This document shows, piece after piece, positions 49,000 to 61,176 of a stretch of DNA of 64,000 nucleotides. The stretch comes from Blasia pusilla. Taxonomy: Eukaryota. The stretch's first letter is position 1. Each line of letters starts with the position of its first letter. The notes under the pieces were generated by a model, which was not told the DNA's origin, did not search any database, and worked only from the letters and a program-made list of their open reading frames with translations. The translations under genes and the position numbers were made by a program. The stretch is from assembly GCA_050084515.1 (NCBI GenBank), contig CM114271.1, positions 38,688,001 to 38,752,000 on the forward strand. Reading direction: 5' to 3'.

Positions 49000-51900
49000 T
49001 TCCGTCAGTTCACTCGGTCACAGCCAGCCGAATCCCTCCATCCCTGACGGAGATCTGGAAATGTGGAACACCCTCAGAAAACCCTTCGATGTCTGCCCAT
49101 CTTCTCATCATTTCCCGACGGAGATCTGCAAGTGCGCGACACGGAGACTGACCTACCATCTGAGAGCGGTGGGCGTTTACAAGATGCCGTCAGTACTCTG
49201 GAGGGGGAGCCAAACGTCTCACAATTCCCGGCTCTTCCTGCACACAAGCGCAATACTTCCTTCAAACAGAGTTCGTAACTAATCCAATCCTTCCTGTTAC
49301 TTCTTCGAGAAAACCAACCGATTTCGACCCGAAGAATAGGTATTGAGCTGGGAATGGTCCACCAGAAACGAACTATGTAACTGGAAGGGACATGTAAAGT
49401 TTTCTTCCGGGATAGTAACTGTGTTAGCAAGGCCGAGAACAGACCTTTGCCAACCACAACACTATGGCACCCGATTTCTAGTTTATCTTGTATATTCATT
49501 CGAAGGACGGCGAACCACAGACTTTCCTGAAGTTCTGCAGCACGAAGTTGAGGTCCGATGGCTTAAATTGCGTTAATTCCAGTATCGACAACTATCCGGG
49601 CCGGTCGGCTTCGTTCTTGGTAGAGGACAAGCGGCATTACTGTGGGATCCGGAGCTCTATCCAGCTTTCTAGGATGGCTGCACGAGTGGCAGTCCCACTC
49701 CCACCACATCATTCATTGCACTCACCCACTGAGACAGACATGTATCGCTAAAGCAACGCCGTGTTAGCAGCGTGATATTGTGCGCACCCAGTCGCCCCTC
49801 TGATTCATCGGCGACTAGCTACAGTTCCTCATCTCAACAGTGGAACATTCAAAAATTCGAAAATCCGAAGGCGATTCGCTGAATCCGACGGGAAACTGCA
49901 CGGGGTCCAACCACAGGCTTGCTGCAATCGAGGCAGTTGCGTTCTCCGAGGACAGCGAGAGCATGAGAAAGGATGCGCACCGGAGAGAATCGCTATCCGT
50001 TCAAGCTAATCAGGCGTCGGATAATGCTGTCAGATGCTCCAGCACCTGCATGTTAAGTCTCATCCATATGCACATCCCCACTCATCGATAAGTTACACCT
50101 CAAGGAGTATGTCCCATGCCAAAGTCCTTAGCATATCGTGCACTTTTGCGCTCGCGTGTGGTTGAGGGGACCGCAAGATTCGCTCCTTGAGAAAATGGAT
50201 TCCGAAGCCCATATCTCTGCGAGACCGAGTCCATGAAACCTTCGGGCCTAGCGTGCTTTGCTTAGCCGATCGGAAGGCTACGCACTCGGCGACACCGCTC
50301 TCCAATTCACGTAAGCAGGGCACTTGTACACCGCGATGCTAAGATCTGAGCTTCCATCTACAGCTTTCACGTTGGAGAATCTCGCAGGTCTCCGTTTACG
50401 GGTGCTAGATTTCTGCCGCATACTCTGCATAGATGATGTGGTTCGGCGGGGAAGATGTAAGCTTCTGTATTAAATAGCCTAACGCGGCAGGGAGAGACTT
50501 CCAGGCTCTGCCTAACCTGCCTGTCTTGAGACCGCTCCTTCCTTGCGAGATAAGTCGAAAGTAGAAACGCCTGTCGAGATTTCACCGAGTCCAAGAACTT
50601 TCCAGGAGAGACTTACACGAAAGTCCAGTAGAGTTGCTTGCGGAATCCTCGATCCGAGTGTACATGTATGTCTTCGGCGCGCTTCGAATCTGGGACTGGA
50701 TTAGGTGCGGCAGTCGTGGAAGGGTATCTGCGATGGCTGCCCGAGCTCCATTCCCCACCACGTCTCTTGTCGTTATTCGTCGTCCGCAATATCAACTGCG
50801 TTTTCTACGAGAGTGTTCTGATCTAAGCGTTACTGGTACGTACAGAATCGCGAACTAATGAAGTCGCAGAGGCTCTTACAACTTGAGATCCCGGAGCCAT
50901 GGTGTGATTTCATGCGTGGTGGATTCGGAGTGTAGACAAGGGCATCATGATTCTGCAGTTAGCAACGCACATTCATAACAGCACCTCGTCCACTGCTACT
51001 GCACTTCATCAATTTCTGAACACCGATGGTCTGATGAGACGCAGTGGTAATTACACAGACGCGGGGGCTGTAGTAGATTTGATCTTTATTTGAACAAGAG
51101 TTTGTATCAATCATATAATTACGCGACCAACCGCTACAAGCTAAGCCTTGCACTATTTTTTTTTTTTAAATTTCAGCTGTGAAAACCTTGAAATACTAGA
51201 GTGCTAAAAGTCTAATCATGATTTAATTTCTCCAGTATATATACGATGCCGTGGCTAATGTTACAGAAGGAAATGAAGCGTTCCGAGCAGCAGAGTGTCC
51301 TCGATTGTGGTTAGAGCAGGAGAGTCTCTGAAGGTGGCATGGACAATCTACAAGGATGCATGCGAAATAATGCAATCGAACTCCGTATTTCTACATAATT
51401 CGCCTCAAATTCTACTAACAGGAGATGCCTAAATCACGCTCGCAACGATTGAGCAGTATGGGACACAACTACCTCGTGATGATGCACTCTGCGGAATTGA
51501 AAGTGCAAAATCAATATCTCCTCATGTGGTCTAGACAGAGCCGTTCTTCGTCGACAGTCGTGCCTATTCTCTCGTTAGGAACTCTGGTAAGATCCCAAGA
51601 AGAGTCGTCATACACCAACGAGGTCATGTTCCCCTTTCCCGCTAGAGATATCATGCGGAAGTAGACGTCCCGTAGCTTCGTAAGGAAGCTCATGGGAGAA
51701 ATCATGCAGAACCGCCGCAGTTTCGGCATTTTCAAGCCCCACGATTTCTTCCCCATTCTGCAGATTCTCATTTTCCTCTTCCGCGGAGAGTAACATCGCC
51801 TATTCATTCGCTGGTAGGTGTTCTGATAACGGTGTTTCTTCACACGTCTCCACATGAAAGGAAGGAAGCCCGAGTAACCTTCCATGGTAATCTCAATTGC

Positions 51901-54300
51901 CAGAGGATCTTGTGGCGCACAGTCAGCTGTTTATCGAATCCTCGCGTATTCACCCGTCGCATAGAAACTCTCGTCCACAGGACCTTCACAAATTCGCTCG
52001 CGTCTCCGAGCGTAATCTGAGGCGCGTCTATTTGCGCAACGTCCTCGGATATGTGGCGGAAGACTCCACAGCTGATCACGGATGAGAATTGGAAGAAGCT
52101 GTCCTCTGCTTGGAAAAACGATCCCCAAATGCAGCCTTTCCTGCTTCTGATCAGAGGACCCGAGGAAGAAAAGCAGTCAGCCACTATGTCACGACAGTGA
52201 CGACCTTCGACAATCGGAGCAGGAAATCCTGAGACCGGACAGAGACCCCGGAGAGTCGACGGCAGACTCAGTGCTACGATTCTTGGCAACCCCGAGAGAG
52301 AAGTGGAGAGCACGACTGATGCGGTTCCGGAACTCCGAGCCGCGGCGGACTGCAGGGGCGGAGGGAAGCCGCGCTGAATATGAAGGAGTCGCGCGCTGAA
52401 AGTGCTGCTGAATCCAACGCAGAAGGATCCTCGCCTCGTCAGTAGGGATGACGAAGTGCCGCAGCGTGGTATTGATTTCGATGCGGTAGGCCTCGGCATG
52501 AGTCATAAGTCCTTCAACAAAACGTGCTCACTCATCACTTATGTATCTGTTACGCACGAAGACGCAGAGGCGGTCCAGGGGACCGGTAACTGTTAATAAC
52601 TCCATCCGCAGCAGACTTTGTATCCCAAGATCCGCACTCTCAGCCCGACGTCCGCCAAAGTGAGGAATATTTTCCCGGGGCTCTGCCGGTTCGGTCGACG
52701 GCGTGGATCGCTATCGCCAGAGGCTTCGCGGAATTAGGGTGATCGGGAAGGGACGCAAATTCGGTTGTGTCAGCCTTCCACCGGTACAACCGCGTGCGCT
52801 AAAGCCGTGGGCCCTTTTCCCCGCCAGTGGTTGGTTGTTGCGTAAGGCGATTTCACCGAGCGTAGGGTCATGGAGCCCGCTGTGCGGCAGACCTCCATGG
52901 GAATACCCTTCTCTTGTTTACACTTCTCCCTCCACGACGTGTCCCGGGAGTCGCATGTGGGGCGTTTGTTTGTTGGGGGCAAAATAGCCGCTGGCGCTTC
53001 GGACTTCCGTGTGTTATAGCAACTCAGCAAGCAAGCGCTGTGGCCGTGGATAGCCGCCTTTACAATTTGTTGGGGAGTTTTAAAACATGCGTTTGTTCCA
53101 CGCGCGCTAGACAACGGACGCCATTCTGTCGTTCATCGTCCACGCAAACCTATGGGTGGCGTCCGACAGGCTGGGATTCGGCCGCCTGAGCTCACGGAAA
53201 CCTGACCTGCTCCTCTCCTCGTAGGTAGGCGAAGATTCATTCCTACGAGCTTGAACAGTAAAAAGCATTCTTACACGCTGGAGTCCGGCGTCTGAGCCAT
53301 GACCCCAATGCTATCGTCTATGGACAGTATTCAATCTCGATCAAATAAAGCGCGCAGCAGCACCTCAGGGCCTCAGTTAGAGAAAGACGGTAGATACTCG
53401 ATGGGGTGCTGCCTTTCGACTTCCGCCCTTGGCTGTCTCATTTGTCCCGATACAGATGCAAGTCTTCAATGCGAGAGCGCCCACGGGATCGGATCGGGTC
53501 CGTTACTGGGGTCAAGCTGACCGAGCCGTACGCTCCTGCGTTTACCAGGATGAGTGAGGGAGGGTACACGATCGGGGAACACATACGATTGGTCGAGCTC
53601 TCCCACCTCGACGACACTCCCGTCATGAAATAATGATATAAACAGGTCCTTTATTGAAGTTCTTGCATGATGCCGAGGATGGTTCCAGGACACCAGAGAC
53701 AGACAGTATCTTGTGGTCGATCTCTTGCTATCATGGACGAGTAAGTAGGAGGGGAACTGGAAAGTTAATACCCTCCATTACTTGCTAGAACACGTACCGC
53801 TCCTGGATAATGCCATGTCGCCGCATAGCCGGTGTGTCTCACGGACTCTCACCAAAGTGCAAGTGATCAACGGACCAAGAGACGACAAACTCTGGGAATG
53901 GGAAGGAGTGGGATGGAGTCCGATGGACATGTCGTCGAGGTTCTTCCCGAATATGGCGGAGGTGATCATCATTCCTCCATATCCCTCGGAGAACGAGCTA
54001 GTAGACTTCTGTTAGTATTCCACGCTGAAAGGGAATGACGGAAATCTTACCGATAGGTTGACGCGAAGTTTTAAGCTCTATATTGAATGGGCTACAACGT
54101 CGTCTTCTTTGATTCCAGCTTGCGTAGTGGGGAAAGAGTGGCAGTCCATTTCCACAATTTGTCGTATGTTCGCTATCATTGATCGGCGTCGAACTCGTAT
54201 ATTTTATATTGAAAACCGCTCGCCTCACAGCGTTTACCACGTCTTCTGGAACCTTGCTCTCTTTCATGCCACTGGTGACAATTGCCGAAGTCTGTCAGCA
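49000..54300 (-). pseudogene. possible highly degenerate NB-ARC-LRR (NLR) gene
   Basis: Weak motif echoes in the expected order on the minus strand: KILSVSGV (P-loop region, ~53700), SLILVN (kinase-2-like), GRSRI...YRDK (RNBS-B-like), QQIVKA..HG (GLPL region), LHD..LGEIA (MHD-like, ~52870), then LRWI...LPS and CLREL (LRR-like). No motif is intact. Confidence 0.3.
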
Positions 54301-54439
54301 GTCATCTGTACTTTCCTTTGAGACAGAAGAATCATTTTTAATGGCGCCCCGGCGTCGAGCGACAAGGATTCCTGAGGAACGGGAGTCATTCCTGCACTAA
54401 AGACACCCAGCTATGGCTTCTCTTAACAGGACCCGAAGA

Positions 54440-57400
54440 TGAAGTTTATTTCAGCAATTCTGCTGAGCGGAATTAACTGGTCACACCCATGTGAAGAGTT
54501 TTATACATGAGTTTTGATTGGAGCCTAACTCGTCTATGCAGCGTTTACGTTGCACCCAACTTGCCTTGCAGCGTTTACGTTGAAGCCTGTAACAAACGGT
54601 GCAGCGCCCAACTTGCCTTGCAGCGTTTACGTTGAATCCTGTTTGTTTACGGTGCAGCGCTGCTTGTTGCCGTTTACACATTCCAACATCCTCCCTAAAC
54701 GGAATCCTCTTTGAACACATATGTTTTTACACGAATCTAAAACACCAAGAAGTGATCTAAATCTTTCAAACTTAGCAAAGTAGGGAAGGCCTTTGGTGAA
54801 GATGTCAAGAACTGCTCGTCTCCGGACACCACACAACATTAATGTCCCCACTCAATACCTTTTCTCGAACAAAGTGATCTGCGCCGATATGTTTGGTTCG
54901 TGAATGGAAGAGTGGATTTCTGGACAAATAAATAGAACTAATGTTATCTCCCAAGATTACAGTAGGATCAGATTAGGTAAACCAAGTTCAGCCAATAGTC
55001 CTCTAAGCCATATGGCTTCCGTTGTGGCATTTGTCAATCCACGGTACTCTCTGCCTCCGTGGAAGATAGAGAAATTGAGGCTTGCTTCTTTGATGAGAAG
55101 CTCACGGCCGCACTTCCAAAGGAGAAGAAATATCCACGAAGTTGATCTGCGACGATTGGACAACTGCATAATCAGCATCCGAGAATCCCAAGATTATCGA
55201 AGCTTGTTGGATTCTCTCTCTAGGCAAGCCCACATGTGTTTGTACCCTTAAGATACCTTGCCACCCTCTTTGCTGCAATAAGGTGAGACTTTCGGGGATC
55301 AGCCATATGTTGACTGATCTGGCTTACTGCATATGCAATATGTGGTCGGGAGTTGGTGATATAGATAAGTGAGCCCACCAATTTTTGGTACTCTTTCAAG
55401 TCCACCTTCTCCTCTTGATCATTATAAGTAAGTCTCTCTCACTTGTCGGAGTGGGCGTTGATTTGCAGATCCTCTAGGCCAAAAGTTTGAAGCAAGATAG
55501 CTATATGCCTTTCTTGAGTCAAGAAGGTCATTTTGGCCCTCGCTTTACTTCAAGTCCTAGGCAGAAGTGTAAACTCCCAAGATCTTTCATTTTGAATGAA
55601 GAGGAGAGTCCTTCTTTAAGATCACGTATCCCTTGTACATCATCTCCAGTAATGATCAAGTCATCCACATATAAGATCACAATGACAATCCCGTAAGTAG
55701 AGATCTTGAGATAAAGGTTCGGGTCGTGTTTACTCTTTGCAAATCCAAGTTTGTTTAACATAGTCGAGTCATAGGTTTGATTCCAGATTCGATTTGCTTG
55801 CATCAGGCCATAAAGAGCTTTCGCATCTCTTGCAAACAAGGTCTTGATTCGGGAGCAAGATAAAGCCTTGAGGTTTTTGTAGATATACCTCTTCTTCCAA
55901 AGTGCCATTTAAGAAGGCATTTTGAACATCCATCTGCAATAGGGGCCAATCAAACATGACTGCAAGAGATATGATCACTCGAATCGTGGTCATTTTTTCA
56001 ACTGATGCATATGTCTCATCATAATCAATGCCTTGGCGTTGTCGATAGCCTTTTGCTACTAGCTTTGCCTTGTACCTGGACAACGATCCATCAGCGTTAT
56101 ACTTACACTTATAAACCCACTTTGTAGGGATAGCAGTCCTCCCTGATGGGAGACGGACCAGGTCCCATGTTCGGTTGGCAACTATGGCATTGTACTCCTC
56201 GGTCATTGCATGTTGCCAATGTGGATTAGTGCATGCCTCTTGGAATGATTGAGGCTCAATGGGAGCTTGCTGAAATGGTGTATGACTTAGAAAGAAAGCC
56301 ATGTGTAAAATATAATCCTCTCGTAAGTTGGAAGGAAGTTGGCGTAGTCGACTTGACCTTCGAGGAGGTGGTAGCGTAAGTGTGGACTCCATATCGTCCA
56401 ATCCTTGACCTCTTTCACCAAGTGTTGGTGGTGGATCAACATGAGTTGTGGGCCCTCAGGATGGTGTATCCTTGTCAGATTCATTTTCTGACTCCTCATT
56501 CGGGGAGGTTTGAGGCCACTCTCGGTCGTTTGATTGATGCTCTTCGGAGTGGGGAGTGTCTTCATCAAATATGACGTCACGGCTCATAAACACCTTGTGG
56601 TGTTCCAAGGAGAAGAGCTTGTAAGCTTTCTCTCTAGTGCCATAGCCAATAAATATGCATCTCACACTTTTATCATCAAGTTTTCTCCTCAATTCTTTTG
56701 GTATATGTGCATAAGCTCCACACCCAAAGATTCGAAGGTGTGAGACATCTGGTTTGATGCCAATGAAGACTTCTTCAGGCGTTTTCTCCTCCAAAGCCCT
56801 TGTTGGGCACTTGTTGAGGATGTAGATGGCCGTGTTTATGGCCTTTGCCCAGAGATAGTTGGGGAGATTTCGCCCCTTCAACATGCACCTTGCCATCTCA
56901 ACTACCATTCGATTCCTCCTCTCAACAATACCATTTTGTTGTGGGGTGTAGGCCGTAGTAAGTTGATGTCGGATGCCATGATCGTAACAAAAGGTCTCAA
57001 ATGCTTTCCCCATGAATTCAACTCCCCTATCCGTTCGTATCACCTTCACCTTTAAGGGCGGCTCGCCAAGGTGTAGATGCAAGGATCCCACTGCTGTAGT
57101 AGATTGAGTTCTCATCAATGTAAGAAATTTCTTGAGTATACCTAATGCATTGGATTTGTGTTGTAGGAAATAAACCCACATAAATCTTGAATGGTCATCA
57201 ACTAATAGCATGTAGTACCTTGCCCCTGATAGTGAAGCCGTTTGAATTGGTCCTCCAAGGTCGATGTGGACTAGGTGGAGGGGAGTTGGAGCCCTTGAGA
57301 GGGTATGTTTGTCAAACTTTTGCCTCGATTGCTTGCCTCGTAAGCAAGTGTCACAAGTGGATATTTCTCCACTTAATTTAGGTAACCCTCCAACCATATT

Positions 57401-59518
57401 GTCTTTGCTTAACAACTTGAGGCCCTTCGTGTTAAAGCGCCCAAGTCTTTCATGCCAAACTTGTAGTTGGTTTGAAGATCTTGCAAATAGTTGAGGGCTC
57501 GGCTTGCTAAGAAGTTTATATAGTCGTCCATACCTTACTCCTTGGGCAGTGACAGAATTATGGGCCTCTCGTAAGAACTCGCATCCTTTGGAATCAAAAA
57601 CAACCTTCATATTCTCTCTTTCGGTGATCTGGCCGATGGAGATAAGGTTGTGTGTTAAAGCTGGAATATGCCACACATCCTTGATTGTATAATCTTCACC
57701 CGAGGGCAATGTCACTTGCACATCTCCTTCCCCAATCGCAGAGTGAATGGAGCCGTCTCCCATTGATACTTAAGGTTCATTCATCAAAGGTTTGTAAGAT
57801 GTGAACCAACCTTTATTTTTGATCATGTGGTTGCTGGCGCCGCTATCAATGAACCACTTGTCCACTTGGTTTGTGGTAACCAATGCCGAGATAAGTCCTC
57901 GTGCATCATCTTCACTTTCTGGTGTGAGTGCTCGATTGGTTCTCCCATTTCTCGAGGAAGCTTATTTGCTTTTCTTGTGGTCTCATTGATCAATTGTGGC
58001 GATCATTCCTGTACCAACATTGATTGGAGTCATGGCCAATCTTACCGCATATTGTGCACTCCTTCTTGCTGGTAGTGCTATAGGTCTTACCATTGAACTT
58101 TTTTTCGGTGGTGCGGAAGGTTTGGGCCTTTGGTCCGGATGTGTTGCGCTCTTGTGATCGCCTTTCTTCATATTGACGAGGGAATGTTCCCTTCTTCTGG
58201 CTGAATAGAGCGCTAGGTCCCGATTCTTATCCTTCTTGGGCAGCAAGGTCGTTGCGTCTCCTTTCTTCGTCAAATAGGAGTATGCATAGTTCAGAAAAAG
58301 TAGGCGTCTTTTCTCTCACGGCTAGAGAGTTTATGAAGTCCCCGTAGGGGTCTTGGGCCACACTATTCATCATAGTGGCTGCCATGGTTTCATCATCAAT
58401 TAAGACCTTAACTTCTGCCAAATCATCTCTTAGCTCTTTCATAATGCTGAGGTGTGAATACATAGTCGAGGTCGAGCTCATCTTCATTGAGTAAATTCGC
58501 CTCTACAATGCCAATTTTCCGGTCATGCTTGTGCTAGCATGAACCGCTTCAAATGTAGTCCAAGCTTCTTTGGAGGTCTCTGCATGTTTCAAATGAGGGA
58601 TTTGAGAATCTCTCGTTGATATCATCAGAATTCCAAGGGCCTTTCGATCTCTCTTCTCGAAGTCTTTCGTGGCTCGAGCATCCATATTCGAGGTCTTCTC
58701 TTCTCTGCCATCAACTATATCGTAAAGATCAGATGCCATCAGAATAGCCTTCATCCTGTATCGCCAAGTGCCGTAATTGTTCTCATCGAGCTTGTGGCTC
58801 TCACTCAATATGTTGTCGGTAAGGCTCGTCATCTTTGATCTTGATAGGTGCTCGCTTCGATCTTGCTAGTCTTCCTTGCCTGCATATGATCGACTTCTTA
58901 TTGCTAGTCTTCTTCCTCTTCTTTCAGCTTGATATTTGCCCCTGTGAGAAAAGAAAAAAGAAAAATAAGGTACAAACTGGGTACACACTTCTCTTCACTT
59001 GCATGCTCCTGTTTTCTATCCAGAGTTTTGTCCTATTTTCACTGTATATGAGTACCTCTATTGGGAGTACGCTTATTGTCCCTGTCAAAAGGTTACAGAG
59101 TTCTGCCTGTCCTATTCTCTCTGTATATGAGTACCAATCTCACTCGGAGTAGGAAGTAGCTCTCGTAAACTGCTAGGTGCAATTTCAGCTTGTGAGAAAT
59201 TGTTAGAGATCTCACGCGTAATATGCACGAGTTTCAGTTTGTAAGAAATTGTTAGAAATCTCACATGAAACCTGCTCTGATACCATGAAGTTTATTTCAG
59301 CAATTCTGCCGAGCGGAATTAACTGGTCACAGCCATGTGAAGAGTTTTATACATGAGTTTTGATTGGAGCCTAACTCGTCTATGCGGCGTTTACGTTGCA
59401 CCCAACTTGCCTTGCAGCATTTACGTTGAAGCCTGTAACAAACGGTGCAGCGCCCAACTTGCCTTGCGGCGTTTACGTTGAATCTTGCGCTGCTTGTTGC
59501 CGTTTACACATTCCAACA
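54440..59518 (-). mobile_element. Ty1/copia LTR retrotransposon B, full length but frameshifted
   Basis: LTRs 54440-54688 and 59286-59518 (TG...CA), exact TSD GAAGA (54435-54439 and 59519-59523), PBS-Met 59274-59285, PPT AGGGAGGA 54689-54696. Confidence 0.96.
54730..58832 (-). pseudogene. copia B gag-pol polyprotein
   Basis: KLDENNYGTWRYRM, WFIDSGASNHM, LVHIDLGGP, LVDDHSRFMWVYFL, RTDRGVEF, PQQNGIVERRN, QMDVQNAFLNG, LYVDDLII, YQKLVGSLIY, DIFTKGL. Confidence 0.94.
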
Positions 59519-61176
59519 GAAGACTCGTACTTCCCGTAGACATCTACGGCCACCAAATCCGAAGTGGCAGAAAGAAAGATGCACTACATGCAAAAGACCA
59601 GAAACTATCCGAACGCGTAAAGTAGCGTATCAATAACTCGTCAGGGCAGAGAAGTCTCGTCATCATCACTGTCAAAATCGGCCTACGCACTCACGAGTCA
59701 AAGAGGAAAGGTCCCATAAATCCTGACTACTTTCTAAGCAACGATACAGAAGAAATCACCTGTCTCGTACCCTCCATGGCATAGGTTTTCCTGTTATTTA
59801 CTAGGAAACGAAAGGCGGAAAGGGGAAACGTTCGTGAAATGCATACTGTGACCAGATGCCCTAGTGGGGGGAGACCGAAAGAAATCACGTGGAACAGTCG
59901 CACTAACGGGGAAACGTGAGAGACCTCGCCAATCGCCGATCACACTAGTGAACTGTTCGAAGAAAAAGCACCGCGTCAATTTAGCGCATCTACATCTCCA
60001 CACGCTGCGCGGACCCTTTCATGACGGTGAAATCCTAACCGGGACGACGCAAAGGAGGAGGAGATGCCTTTTCAATCCTCACGAATCTAGGCAGGAAATC
60101 TTTGGATCCATGACAATGAAGCCTGTCAATGAGCGCGTAGATGCCACAATCTCAGCGGAAATTCACCTCGACGCACACACCTACCGAACGGATGAGATTA
60201 AAGTGTTCCGCTCTGATACCACGCCCAAGAGACGGAGAGTAACACGTAACCGAGACGTGAGAATGTGTGACGGGCCGAAAAGCAGGTGCGGTTTTCACCT
60301 ACACACGAATGTGGCGTAGTAGTCATACTCTGCAGCGAAGGCAAACGTCAATGATCCACACCCTAGAGAAGACCAAAAGCAACTGCAAATCTTCGCTACA
60401 ATCCAAACTCGACCCGTTGAACTCGCTTACAACAGTAAACTGAAAACCATCCACTTTGACACTAGAAACTCTATCCCATCCACCATCAAGTTGACCCAGC
60501 CGTCTGTAGACACTGCAGAGCGCCATGGCAGGCTTCCACGACCACAACTGCCTCAGGTGAAAAAACCTCGCACTTATTCCGCACACTCAATTTTTGAAAC
60601 TGTCTGTTTCAGTCGCCCCCCAACTCCAGCACCACAATGACACCCCTCCACTCCCATACCCATCACTCCGCCATCGCCCACTCCCCCTAGTTCACTAGAA
60701 GACAAACCGTCACCCAATCTAAGATGGCTGGTGGCACCCTTTCTCCCGCTGGCCCCCGCGGGAATCATTCCTAGGGTCGAGACCGCTACCGACGAGTTGG
60801 AGTGGCCGCTAAGTTAGAGTTCAACAAGGTGCGTGTGGGCATGGCAATGATAGCGGCGATCGCATCATTGCGAACTGCGAATGTGGCATGTTCTCCTTTT
60901 AAGGGTTCAAGTCACCGCACTGATTAGGTTCTGTCCGGGCCTCCAAAACCACAAGGTGCTAGTGCATCTGGAATAAAAAGTGTTTAAATAACTTTCAATA
61001 GATTAAATAGTTTTAGGTGAAGAGGCTAATGGTATTAATTCAAATATTTGGTAAATTGTATTATGGAGGATTAACATTTTTTTAAGTTGGTAACAAACGG
61101 TGAGATGGTAATGTAAAAATAATGGGGAGATGTTATTGCATCAAATCAAAAATATTTATTTCATTCAAATATTTTT

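Noticed and set aside
60210-60221. Orphan tRNA-Met PBS (GCTCTGATACCA on the plus strand)
   Set aside because: There is no adjacent TG/CA LTR end, partner LTR or gag motif that I can identify. It may be a relic but does not support a feature call.
60955-61000. CTAG near 60959 as the 3' end of Helitron C
   Set aside because: There is no GC-rich hairpin upstream on the minus strand and the following base is not T.
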